Shown here: in pieces, positions 1-8,327 of the stretch
Numbering within the stretch: the first letter of the stretch is position 1
How the letters are laid out: every line of letters begins with the position of its first letter
NCBI GenBank assembly: GCA_000175855.1
Contig: ACYB01000016.1
Location: 1-32,000, forward strand
Direction of reading: 5' to 3'
Length of the DNA: 32,000 nt
Source of the DNA: Raphidiopsis brookii D9
GTDB taxonomy: Bacteria; Cyanobacteriota; Cyanobacteriia; Cyanobacteriales; Nostocaceae
Notes under the pieces: generated by a model
Database searches by the model: none
Told to the model about the DNA's origin: nothing
The model's input: the letters and a program-made list of their open reading frames with translations, nothing else
Program-made: the position numbers and the translations under genes

Positions 1-1196
1 CAACTTCGGGAGGGGACAGCAGTGTAGCAACTTATAATCCCGTCACAAATAATTACAGCTATGTAAGTGTAGCCAATCAACTGACCAGTGGTGTGGTATC
101 ATTTGCTGACCCCTTTAACGACGATCGCCTGGTTCCAGTCTCTTCTGTCACCCTAAGTGTTTCCCCCTCTACTGTTACAGAAGATGGCACAGGTAACCTC
201 ATCTACACCTTCACCCGCACTGGAGTGATTACTGATGCCCTGACAGTTAACTACACGGCTGGAGGAACTGCTACTAATGGCACTGACTATAGCAATATTG
301 GCACAAGCGTAACCTTTGCCGCAAACTCAGCTACAGCTACTGTAACGGTAGACCCCACTGCTGACACCACGGTAGAATCGGATGAAACAGTATCCCTCAC
401 CTTGGCTTCCGGGACTGGTTACACCATCGGCACAACCAGTGCAGTGACAGGAACTATTACTAATGACGATAATCCTCTCAATTCCAATGTAGATACACCC
501 AAAGTTAATATCTCTACAGGTTTGATTTTCACAGCACAATCCAATGGAAATATAACTTTAGATACAAACAGGGGGTCTGCCACTCCGGATGAAGTTACAA
601 GTGTTCAAAACGGCACTAAATCTAACTTTAATCACATAATTGGACTCTATGAGGTGCTGAATAGTCAGGGTGAAATAAAGGATAACCAAGGTAACACTTT
701 AAAACCAGGAGATGCCAATTATGCACTTCATGCTCTCACCACTGCCAGAGTTAAGAACTTCGCAGTGAGAGCTGGTGGCAATGACACTCCCAGTACGGCA
801 ACACAATTAGGATCAGGTGTTTCAGTTCTTGCAGGCAAATTGTACGCTCCCTTTGCCATTGCCAATGGAGGAACCTACTTCCCGGGTAATCAAGGAATAG
901 AAGATTTCGTCGCTGCTGAACAGGGAGACATAAATCGGTTTAGCTCTGCACCTCAATATGTCCGAAACCTAGTTGATATTGAAGGAAAAAATGGTGACGT
1001 ATTTAACAATGCACCCAGATTTGTTCAGGAACCCGTAGCCTATTTTAGCTTTGGCGCGGCTAATCCCGACGGATCTCATCACTTCCGCTCCTATGGTAAC
1101 GGTGTCTATGGATTTGAGGATTTACCTGTTAGTTACACTCAATACTCTAACAACGATTTCAATGACGGAGTTTTCGCTCTGACATTGAGCATTTAA
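1..1196 (+). CDS. Calx-beta / DUF4114-type extracellular repeat protein, 3' portion (5' end outside window)
   Basis: The frame is open from nt 3, with no stop before the GTG at 93 used by the ORF track, so the gene is cut by the window edge. VTLSVSPSTVTEDGTGNLIYTFTRTG...NYTAGGTATNGTDY...ATVTVDPTADTTVESDETVSLTL...GTITNDD is a typical Calx-beta pattern. The C-terminal YGFEDLP...NDFNDGVFAL resembles the DUF4114 motif. Confidence 0.75.
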   Translation, partial: TSGGDSSVATYNPVTNNYSYVSVANQLTSGVVSFADPFNDDRLVPVSSVTLSVSPSTVTEDGTGNLIYTFTRTGVITDALTVNYTAGGTATNGTDYSNIGTSVTFAANSATATVTVDPTADTTVESDETVSLTLASGTGYTIGTTSAVTGTITNDDNPLNSNVDTPKVNISTGLIFTAQSNGNITLDTNRGSATPDEVTSVQNGTKSNFNHIIGLYEVLNSQGEIKDNQGNTLKPGDANYALHALTTARVKNFAVRAGGNDTPSTATQLGSGVSVLAGKLYAPFAIANGGTYFPGNQGIEDFVAAEQGDINRFSSAPQYVRNLVDIEGKNGDVFNNAPRFVQEPVAYFSFGAANPDGSHHFRSYGNGVYGFEDLPVSYTQYSNNDFNDGVFALTLSI

Positions 1197-1202
1197 GATC
1201 TT

Positions 1203-1228
1203 TGGCTCTGGGTAATCCCCCAGGGCCA
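1203..1228 (+). terminator. Stem-loop 7 nt after the stop of the Calx-beta gene
   Basis: TGGCTCTGGG (1203-1212) pairs with CCCAGGGCCA (1219-1228): 10 bp including one G-U, with a 6-nt loop. No U-tract follows, so terminator function is uncertain. Confidence 0.35.
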
Positions 1229-1675
1229 ATTATCACTCCTAGGTCTTAGTAACTTTTGGCACTCAGCTCATTCTTTGTAAGATTGCCCTAGGGTAACAAA
1301 AATTTACACAAAACTTGACAATTAGCAGCCTTGCGAAATGGGTTCGCAAAAACCCACTTATCCCCCTGGTCTCAATACTGTTCGGTTAAGGAAAAAGAGG
1401 GGGCAAGATCAAGAGAATTTTGTTCGCGTTTTTGTTTCGATAACTAACAAACAAAAAAAGATAGACAAATTCTCACACACTCAAACCATGAGAGAGAAAA
1501 TAGTCAAACTATGAAATTATCAATTGAAAAAGAATAAATTACCGTAACATCAAACTAAATAGATTCAACTTGCCCGTTTAATAATTTCAAAAGATAACTG
1601 TTGTCTAGGGGTACAATTATTCCTGTGACTTCGTTTTTTACTCTCTAACTTAAAATTCATATAGGCGTGAGTAAT

Positions 1676-3799
1676 ATGAATACGATCTGCTGTTTAAATC
1701 CGGAATGCTTACATCACAATCCAGACAATTCTAAATACTGCCAAAAATGTGGTAGCAAATTAATCCTGCGAGAAAGATTCGTTCCCAGAAAAATTCTGGG
1801 ACAGGGAGGATTTGGACGCACATTTTTAGCAACAGATACGGGAAAACCCTCCCAACCTTTATGTGTCATTAAACAATTTTTACCCCAAGCTCAGGGAACA
1901 GATACTACTGAAAAATCATCCCGTCTATTCAATCAAGAAGCTAGACAATTAGAGGAGTTGGGCCAGCATCCTCAAATCCCAGAACTGTTCGATTATTTTA
2001 CCCACTCTGATGATAATCGTCAGTATTTAGTTCAAGAGTATGTGGAAGGTTATACTTTGGAGGTGGAACTCCAGAAAAAAGGGGTATTCTCTACCACCCA
2101 GATAAGGGAACTATTAATAGAGCTATTAAACATTCTAGCATTTGTCCATGAGAAACAGGTTATTCATCGTGACATCAAGCCTGAAAATATAATTTGTCGT
2201 GCTATGGACAATAAACTTTTCTTGGTAGATTTTGGTGCAGCTAAAATTGTAGATTCACAAGTTGAAATGAAGGAGAGCACAGTTATTGGTTCCATGGAAT
2301 ATTGCGCTCCGGAACAGATTAGGGGTCAAGCCACATTTATTAGTGATATATATAGTCTAGGTGTAACTTGTATGTACTTGCTCACAAATGTTGACCCTCA
2401 TAGCTTTTATGATACCACAACAGAAAAATTTTTATGGCGTAACCATCTAGGTACTAATTCTGTGACTGACCAGCTGGGAAGAATTTTGGATAAAATGACA
2501 GCACCCGTATGTGAACGTTACCAGTCAGTTGGTGAAGTGATAAAAGAATTAAATCTTGCTGAGTCGAATCATTCTGAAACCGAATCAGATGTCAACCCGG
2601 TCAATTATTGGCAAAAACTAGTTTCTCGTGCTGTAGATAAGGGGAAACAAAGTGTGCAACAATGGTTTAGTATTAATGATGGCCAAGTGGCAGAAATTTT
2701 AGCCACAGTTAGCAGTCAATTACCCACTACAGAAGCTTTATTAATCGGGAAACCACAAACTGGTAAAAGTTCAATTGTTCGCGGTTTCACAGGTATTTCT
2801 CCAGAAATTATTGGTCAGGGTTTTCGTCCCCACACTCAAAATACACAAAGGTATATCTATCCTAATAATGATTTACCATTAATTATCTTTACAGATACAG
2901 TAGGTTTGGGCGATACTGACAAAGATACAGAGGTTATTATTCAAGAGATAATTAAGGATTTAAATACTGGAAATAAGCGAGCAAGAGTTTTCATACTAAC
3001 TGTAAAAATCAACGACTTTGCCACTGATACCCTAAAAAACATTGCCCAAAAGTTACGTCAGCAGTATACACATATTCCCTGTTTATTAGCGGTGACATGT
3101 TTACATGAAATCTATCCACCAGACATGGAAAACCACCCTGATTACCCACCAAATTTCCCAGAAATAAATCGAGCATTTGATGAAATTAAAGCCAACTTTT
3201 CCGGGTTATATGACCGTGTAACTTTGGTAGATTTCACCTTAGAGGAAGATGGTTATAGTCCAGTATTTTATGGACTAGAATCGTTTCGAGATAGTTTAAC
3301 CAGTCTTTTACCAGAAGCAGAAGCTAAGACAGTTTATCAGTTGTTAGATGAACAAATGGGAGATAAATTAGGAAATATTTATCGTGATACCGCCAGAAGA
3401 TATATTTTACCTTTTTCGATTATGGCCACGACCTTAGCAGCAGTACCTCTACCTTTTACCACCATGCCAGTTTTAACAGCTTTACAAGTTTCCATGGTTG
3501 GAATTTTGGGCAAATTATATGGTCAAACTTTGACCCCTTCCCAAGCGGGTGGCATTGTTAGTACAATTGCAGGTTGGTTTTTAGCTCAAGCTATAGGAAG
3601 AGAATTAGTTAAATTTATTCCCGGTTTTGGAACTGTAATTGCAGCATCTTGGGCGGGTGCTTATACCTGGTCTTTGGGTGAAGCTGCTTGTGTTTATTTT
3701 GGAGATTTAATGGGTGGTAAAAAACCCGATCTACAAACAATTCAAAATGTTATGCAACAGACTTTTCAATCTAAAGAGAATACACAAAAGGAGGAATAA
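1676..3799 (+). CDS. Zinc-ribbon Ser/Thr protein kinase fused to a P-loop GTPase and a DUF697-like membrane domain
   Basis: ATG at 1676 (the ORF track uses GTG at 1667). N-terminal CC-x4-C...C-x2-C zinc ribbon. Kinase motifs: GQGGFGRT, VIK, HRDIKPEN, DFG, APE. G1 GKPQTGKS (nt 2747-2770) and G3 DTVGLG. The C-terminus LPFSIMATTLAAVPLPF...GFGTVIAASWAGAYTWSLGEAA is typical of DUF697/YcjF-type hydrophobic hairpins. Confidence 0.85.
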   Translation: MNTICCLNPECLHHNPDNSKYCQKCGSKLILRERFVPRKILGQGGFGRTFLATDTGKPSQPLCVIKQFLPQAQGTDTTEKSSRLFNQEARQLEELGQHPQIPELFDYFTHSDDNRQYLVQEYVEGYTLEVELQKKGVFSTTQIRELLIELLNILAFVHEKQVIHRDIKPENIICRAMDNKLFLVDFGAAKIVDSQVEMKESTVIGSMEYCAPEQIRGQATFISDIYSLGVTCMYLLTNVDPHSFYDTTTEKFLWRNHLGTNSVTDQLGRILDKMTAPVCERYQSVGEVIKELNLAESNHSETESDVNPVNYWQKLVSRAVDKGKQSVQQWFSINDGQVAEILATVSSQLPTTEALLIGKPQTGKSSIVRGFTGISPEIIGQGFRPHTQNTQRYIYPNNDLPLIIFTDTVGLGDTDKDTEVIIQEIIKDLNTGNKRARVFILTVKINDFATDTLKNIAQKLRQQYTHIPCLLAVTCLHEIYPPDMENHPDYPPNFPEINRAFDEIKANFSGLYDRVTLVDFTLEEDGYSPVFYGLESFRDSLTSLLPEAEAKTVYQLLDEQMGDKLGNIYRDTARRYILPFSIMATTLAAVPLPFTTMPVLTALQVSMVGILGKLYGQTLTPSQAGGIVSTIAGWFLAQAIGRELVKFIPGFGTVIAASWAGAYTWSLGEAACVYFGDLMGGKKPDLQTIQNVMQQTFQSKENTQKEE

Positions 3800-3826
3800 A
3801 AATAGGTGCTGTCATGGTTTTGGTGG

Positions 3827-4684
3827 CTATCCACTCCCGGATTCTCTTAGAGCTTGTACAAGTAGCTCTGTTAAATTCAATTTTTTTCCCCATTTTCGAA
3901 GATAGTCAAAGTCGAGAAGTTCCTTTTGCAGTTTTAAGACACCTAAAATATCTCGCCACTGTTTTTGAGATTCGCTATTATACGTCCGAAACCAGAGCAG
4001 TTTTTGTAGTATTGTATCTTCCGGTGTACAGATATAGAAAGATTTATTTCTATCCCCAAGGTGTAGCACACGACGAGACATTTGAGAAAGGGAAAATTCA
4101 TCGTCTTTCATCACAAAAATGTCAGCTTTTTCAGTGGTAGTTAAATGGATAACATTAAATGATAAAGTCTTTCTATTCACAGCTTCTTCCACAGCAGTAT
4201 GACTAATATAGAATTGATCTGTCATAGCCCTAATTAGTGGCTGAATTTGACTATTTTCAATGTTGGCGATTAAATCCAAATCTTGGGTGAGTCTCACCTC
4301 CCCCTGGAGAGAACTAGCAACTGAACCTCCCACATAATACATGATATCTAATGAACTCAAGATAGACGCTAACTCCAGTGCTAACCAAATTGGATCCTCT
4401 ATCATTAAATCTCCCTGATATTTTAAACACGATAATAGATTAGCCCACTTATCTCCTAAACGCTTTCTAATATAGTAATCTCTTATTATTTCTTTTGAAG
4501 CAGTAGGAAATTGACCTTTAATGCCTGCTAATGCTAACATAGCTCCTCGCTTTGTTACTCGTTTAAGCAGTAATTCTTTTTCACTAGCACTCAGGTTTCG
4601 CCAGAGTTTAAACTGTACTTGTTCAGCTTCAAACGAACTATCTATAGATTGAGTTCGGTATTCAACCGGTTTGATAACTGTCAT
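3827..4684 (-). CDS. Nucleotidyltransferase (Pol-beta/MNT-like fold) with N-terminal helical extension
   Basis: GGS-x13-DLDL motif (YYVGGSVASSLQGEVRLTQDLDLIANI, nt 4274-4330), with a later acidic residue (ADIFVM). Overlapping plus-strand ORFs 3714-3905 and 3814-4140 are antisense shadows. Confidence 0.65.
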   Translation of the reverse strand: MTVIKPVEYRTQSIDSSFEAEQVQFKLWRNLSASEKELLLKRVTKRGAMLALAGIKGQFPTASKEIIRDYYIRKRLGDKWANLLSCLKYQGDLMIEDPIWLALELASILSSLDIMYYVGGSVASSLQGEVRLTQDLDLIANIENSQIQPLIRAMTDQFYISHTAVEEAVNRKTLSFNVIHLTTTEKADIFVMKDDEFSLSQMSRRVLHLGDRNKSFYICTPEDTILQKLLWFRTYNSESQKQWRDILGVLKLQKELLDFDYLRKWGKKLNLTELLVQALRESGSG

Positions 4685-4704
4685 ATTCAGCTAGTAATTA
4701 TCTG

Positions 4705-5034
4705 CTAATACCCACAACAACGATCAATTCCCAAACTATCCAATAACAGATCGCTAACTGCGTTGGCGATCGCAAATTCCCCATAAAAGCTTTTAGAAAA
4801 ATCAAAAGACTGCATTTCGGTCACAATAGCAATTACCAAGGAACCCAAATCATTTTCTCCCTCCATACGTTGTCTAACAAAAATCTGGGCTGCGCGCTGG
4901 GCAATTTTCTGATTAACCACTTCTGGGAGGAATTCCGTATCCAACCACTGTAGAAGTCGTTTTTGTAACCATTCTCCCTCGATTTGGGGATTTTCTGCAG
5001 GTGGTAAAGTAATAGGAGAAATAGGTTGGTTCAT
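4705..5034 (-). CDS. Small conserved hypothetical protein (109 aa, ends CCGY)
   Basis: Clean ORF 20 nt upstream of, and co-directional with, the nucleotidyltransferase. I recognise no motif. It contains no histidine at all. Confidence 0.5.
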   Translation of the reverse strand: MNQPISPITLPPAENPQIEGEWLQKRLLQWLDTEFLPEVVNQKIAQRAAQIFVRQRMEGENDLGSLVIAIVTEMQSFDFSKSFYGEFAIANAVSDLLLDSLGIDRCCGY

Positions 5035-5060
5035 TTGAATCCTGGTGTTTTTAAAAAACG

Positions 5061-5654
5061 ATGAAACGTGATACTGATGATACTTATGATGTTGATATTA
5101 TTATTCAAGGTTATGCTCAGGGATATTTTCTCATGGCCGATGAGTATAATCAACTTAGATGGTATAGAAGTAAGGAACATACCCTAATTCCCCTAGATAA
5201 AAGATTCCGCTATCCTAGGTCCTTACAAAGGGTTCTCAATCAACAGAGATTCACAACCAGGATCAACCAGGATTTTATAGGAGTAGTTAGGGGGTGTGCC
5301 AACCGAGAAACCACGTGGATTTCCCCCCAACTGCAACAAATTTATTGGTCATTGTATCAAGCAGGTTATGCTTACAGTTTTGAAACCTGGCAAGGTGATC
5401 AATTAGCGGGGGGAATTCTAGGTATTGTCATAGGTGGTGCTTTTATTGGTGAGTCCATGTTTTATCACATCCCTGAAGCATCCAAAGTAGCCATGGTTAA
5501 ACTGGTAGAAAGACTGCGGGAGAGGAGATTTATTGTGTTTGATGCACAAATAATGAATCCTCACCTAGCTAGATTTGGTGCTTATTCCATTCACGTTGAG
5601 GAATATAACACCTTACTGGGTTTAGCCATTGCAGCATCCTGCGATTTTCGATAG
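5061..5654 (+). CDS. aat: Leucyl/phenylalanyl-tRNA--protein transferase
   Basis: IIQGYAQGYFLMAD..., WISPQL...YQAGYAYSFETWQGDQLAGGILGIVIGGAFIGESMFY...FDAQIMNPHLARFGA matches the L/F-transferase family along its whole length. Confidence 0.85.
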   Translation: MKRDTDDTYDVDIIIQGYAQGYFLMADEYNQLRWYRSKEHTLIPLDKRFRYPRSLQRVLNQQRFTTRINQDFIGVVRGCANRETTWISPQLQQIYWSLYQAGYAYSFETWQGDQLAGGILGIVIGGAFIGESMFYHIPEASKVAMVKLVERLRERRFIVFDAQIMNPHLARFGAYSIHVEEYNTLLGLAIAASCDFR

Positions 5655-5681
5655 ACAGGGAGTGTCAATCACCACCTCTAT

Positions 5682-5885
5682 TTATTTAATATTCGCCCGT
5701 GCGTCCTTGACCGCAGCAACAAACAACAAGATAGTCACAGGAATGCTGATGGCTAGAATAATAGCAGTGGTTTGGAAACCAAAATTGGGTTGCCCATAAC
5801 TGAGTTCAAATACCGAGCCAACAGCGGCGATCGCTGTTATACAGGAACCACCTAAAAACAGACCACTTTTGGGAGTTAAATACAC
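5682..5885 (-). CDS. Small two-helix membrane protein (67 aa)
   Basis: GTG start 2 nt after the def stop codon, so translational coupling is possible. Two hydrophobic spans: GLFLGGSCITAIAAVGSVF and TTAIILAISIPVTILLFVAAV. Function not recognised. Confidence 0.45.
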   Translation of the reverse strand: MYLTPKSGLFLGGSCITAIAAVGSVFELSYGQPNFGFQTTAIILAISIPVTILLFVAAVKDARANIK

Positions 5886-5887
5886 AG

Positions 5888-6460
5888 CTAGATTACCTCG
5901 ACTAATGGTTTAACAGCTTGATGGGAGAAACCGTTTTTAGACAGTTCCTCCGTCAAACTGAGGGAATTTTCCACACGATCAACAAACACCACACCATTGA
6001 GGTGATCCATCTCGTGTAAAATACATCTTGCCAACAAATTATCAGCTTTCAGGGTTTGAGGACGGCCATATTCGTCTTTATAGGCAATTTCTACAATCTT
6101 TGGGCGTTTGACCTCCAAAAAAACTTTGGGGATGCTTAAACACCCTTCTTGAGCCACACAAAGCTCACTACTAACTTGTTTAATTACAGGATTAATTAAT
6201 ACCAATGGAGGTATTTCTGGCTTGTCAGGGTTACAGTCAATAACAACTAACTGTTTATTAACCCCTACTTGAGGTGCGGCCAAACCAATACCATCTTCGC
6301 TATACATGGTTTGGAGCATATCTCGGATCAGTTGACGAAGTTCATCATCTATTTTAGTGATCCGTTTAGCAGGTTGACGGAGAACCCGGTCACCTAAGTA
6401 ATGAAGTTTCAGGGGAGGTTTTTTTAACTTTTTCTTTTCGACAGCGATACCAGAGGACAT
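5888..6460 (-). CDS. def: Peptide deformylase
   Basis: Motifs GIGLAAPQVG, EGCLS and HEMDH. I place the start at the internal ATG at 6460 (MSSGIAVEKKK...). The 28-aa extension to 6544 in the ORF track has no deformylase counterpart. Confidence 0.9.
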   Translation of the reverse strand: MSSGIAVEKKKLKKPPLKLHYLGDRVLRQPAKRITKIDDELRQLIRDMLQTMYSEDGIGLAAPQVGVNKQLVVIDCNPDKPEIPPLVLINPVIKQVSSELCVAQEGCLSIPKVFLEVKRPKIVEIAYKDEYGRPQTLKADNLLARCILHEMDHLNGVVFVDRVENSLSLTEELSKNGFSHQAVKPLVEVI

Positions 6461-6605
6461 AGTTAGATTAATGATTAGATGAACGACTAATAAGTACCTA
6501 ATTAATTCTATCCTGATTCTAAAGGAAGGGGGATTTTTCACCAAAAAGCTGAACTCTAGGTTCTAAAGTATGGCAAAATATTCTTGTCACCAATCTTGGA
6601 TCTCC

Positions 6606-7037
6606 ATGATGAAGTCTCAACCATCCCTATATGAACAAGATTTTGCCCTATGGTCGGAAAAGATGGCTGACCTAATTGCTGCCAAACGTTTTGAAGATTT
6701 AGATATAGATAATCTGGTAGAGGAAATTAGAGACTTGTCCAAACGAGAAAGAGACAGATTATTGAGTAGTGTTCGTCTAATTCTCCATCACTTACTTAAA
6801 TGGGACCACCAACCTGAAAAACGCTCTCGAAGTTGGCAAATTACCATTGAAAGGGAGAGGAAAAATCTTGATTTATACTTGGAGGATAGTCCTAGCCTAA
6901 AACGCTATTTTTGTCAAGAGTGGGTAAACAAAATGTATCCTACTGCCCGACTAGACGCAATGAAAGATACTGAAATAGATATGCCACAGGACTGCTCTTA
7001 TTCCCTTCAAGATGTAGTTGAAAGGGCATTGATTTGA
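6606..7037 (+). CDS. DUF29 family protein
   Basis: LYEQDFALWSEKMADLIAAKRFEDLDIDNLVEEIRDLSKRERDRLLSSVRLILHHLLKW is the characteristic DUF29 N-terminus. The start is likely the ATG-ATG at 6606/6609 rather than 6570. Confidence 0.8.
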   Translation: MMKSQPSLYEQDFALWSEKMADLIAAKRFEDLDIDNLVEEIRDLSKRERDRLLSSVRLILHHLLKWDHQPEKRSRSWQITIERERKNLDLYLEDSPSLKRYFCQEWVNKMYPTARLDAMKDTEIDMPQDCSYSLQDVVERALI

Positions 7038-7070
7038 CCATGGCAGCATTTATTCCTGTAACCTACATTA

Positions 7071-7785
7071 CTATAATAAACCTCGATGGCGAATAAAAAT
7101 CAAAACCGCCGCCCAAGATCCCAACGCCACCTTCACTGCAACAATAATATTTAATATGGGTAGGATCCCACCACTAAATAATTTCCCCAGTTCTCCATGA
7201 GGTAACTCAAGTCCCGATAAAGTGACCAGTGATAACACAATAAAAAATCAAAACTGAAATCTTCTCCCATACAGCTGCATGATACCGCTGATAAATATCC
7301 TGCATCCATTGATAAGATGAAGTAATTGCTATTAAACCTATTGCTGTTCCACCTGCAACACCTGCAGCAAATCCCCCCCCAGGACTCAGATGTCCTCTAA
7401 TTGCTAATTCTATACCCACTAACGCTGCAATAGTTGCTCCTAAGCGAGCTAGGGTGATAGATGCTCTATCTTTAAACTGATAAATAGCACAGGATGGATT
7501 TTCACTGGCTAATAAAAAATTACATCCTAAAATGGCAATTGTAAATACAATAACCTCAAAAATGGTATCGTAAAGGCGATTTCTAAAAATAATTCCTGAC
7601 ACTGCATTCACAACCCCGCTTTCAGCAACTACTTTTTCCGTGATAGAAATACCTGCTGGAACTATAGTAGACATGGTGTCTTTTATAGTTGACATTCCCG
7701 ATAGGTTGGAAGTCCCATCGGAGAGGAATAACATTTTTAAAAACAATGCTATCCCGGCGAGAATATAAACGAACTTCATTTTCAT
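7071..7785 (-). CDS. mrpB: Mrp antiporter subunit B (MnhB); reading frame interrupted in this sequence by a 1-nt indel in a homopolymer
   Basis: The ORF-track frame (7207-7785) carries the MnhB core (NAVSGIIFRNRLYDTIFEVIVFTIAILG). It stops prematurely after a T6 run (plus-strand A6 at 7242-7247). A second frame, opening exactly at that run and closed upstream by a stop at 7248-7250, continues with IVLSLVTLSGLELPHGELGKLFSGGILPILNIIVAVKVALGSWAAVLIFIRHRGLL to the stop at 7071-7073. Confidence 0.8.
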
Positions 7786-8327
7786 GGGTGTTTCTCCTCG
7801 GATACTAAAATATCCACATATTCTAAATTTTTTAACCCCGTATTGTTGGGCAATATTTCACGCTCAATAATGTTATAAACCCGGTGAACTCTAACTTCTG
7901 TTTGATAATTCTGCCTTTCAGTGGTAGGGAAACAGGTAGCATGAACCTCTTTAGAAATTAAGCCATTTTTTAGAGATTGTTGATTATTGTAGGTGACAAC
8001 TTCTAATCTCATATAGTGGTTGCTAAAAACTCGACGAAAATCCTCTATTAGTTTTAGAATCTCCCCATCTTGATTTTCTATCACACCCACACGTAAAACC
8101 AAAGAAGAACGGACTGCTATAGCATACAAAGTTACCGATAACATGGTACCCATTAATGCCTCAGTTAAAGCTACATCAGCTGCACCCAAAACTGCATCTA
8201 CCAAAGCGGCGATCGCACCTAAAACTCCGCGCAAAATTAATCCATGATAGGGGTTAACCTGGGTAACCAACAAACCCGCAGTTAAGGGTAACAAAGCAAC
8301 AATTATATAGAGATAAGAATCATTCAT
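7782..8327 (-). CDS. MrpA C-terminal-like / DUF4040 (MbhD-type) membrane subunit with soluble C-terminal extension
   Basis: The N-terminal approx 75 aa are hydrophobic (LLPLTAGLLVTQVNPYHGLILRGVLGAIAALVDAVLGAADVALTEALMGT), as in DUF4040. There is a 4-nt overlap with mrpB and an 8-nt overlap with mrpG. Sits within the mrp operon. Confidence 0.7.
   Translation of the reverse strand: MNDSYLYIIVALLPLTAGLLVTQVNPYHGLILRGVLGAIAALVDAVLGAADVALTEALMGTMLSVTLYAIAVRSSLVLRVGVIENQDGEILKLIEDFRRVFSNHYMRLEVVTYNNQQSLKNGLISKEVHATCFPTTERQNYQTEVRVHRVYNIIEREILPNNTGLKNLEYVDILVSEEKHP

Noticed and set aside
327-539. Other antisense or nested ORFs: 327-539, 9182-9379, 12117-12362, 13931-14185, 14331-14591, 14462-14674, 15088-15378, 17497-17739, 19469-19771, 19812-20111, 25635-25826, 27057-27284, 28644-28850, 29602-30081, 30093-30305, 30591-30839, 31215-31403 and 31690-31902
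   Set aside because: Each overlaps a strongly supported gene on the opposite strand or in another frame. None has motifs. The coordinates given are for the first one.
1667-3799. Kinase-GTPase protein as a bacterial Roco/LRRK2 homologue
   Set aside because: No LRR or COR region is recognisable. The domain order is kinase then GTPase, and the G domain is followed by a DUF697-type membrane module. Only a functional analogy can be claimed.
3714-4140. Plus-strand ORFs 3714-3905 and 3814-4140
   Set aside because: They lie antisense to the well-supported nucleotidyltransferase gene, carry no motifs, and have low-complexity composition. They are shadow ORFs.
3827-5034. Canonical MNT/HEPN toxin-antitoxin pair
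   Set aside because: The small partner lacks the HEPN R-x4-6-H motif and has no histidine. The NTase itself has no clear HEPN region.
6461-6544. 28-aa N-terminal extension of peptide deformylase. Similar extensions appear at 6570-6605 for DUF29 and at 25414-25506 for the phosphodiester glycosidase.
   Set aside because: The extensions have no counterpart in the respective families. Internal ATG starts give proteins of canonical length, or a plausible signal peptide.
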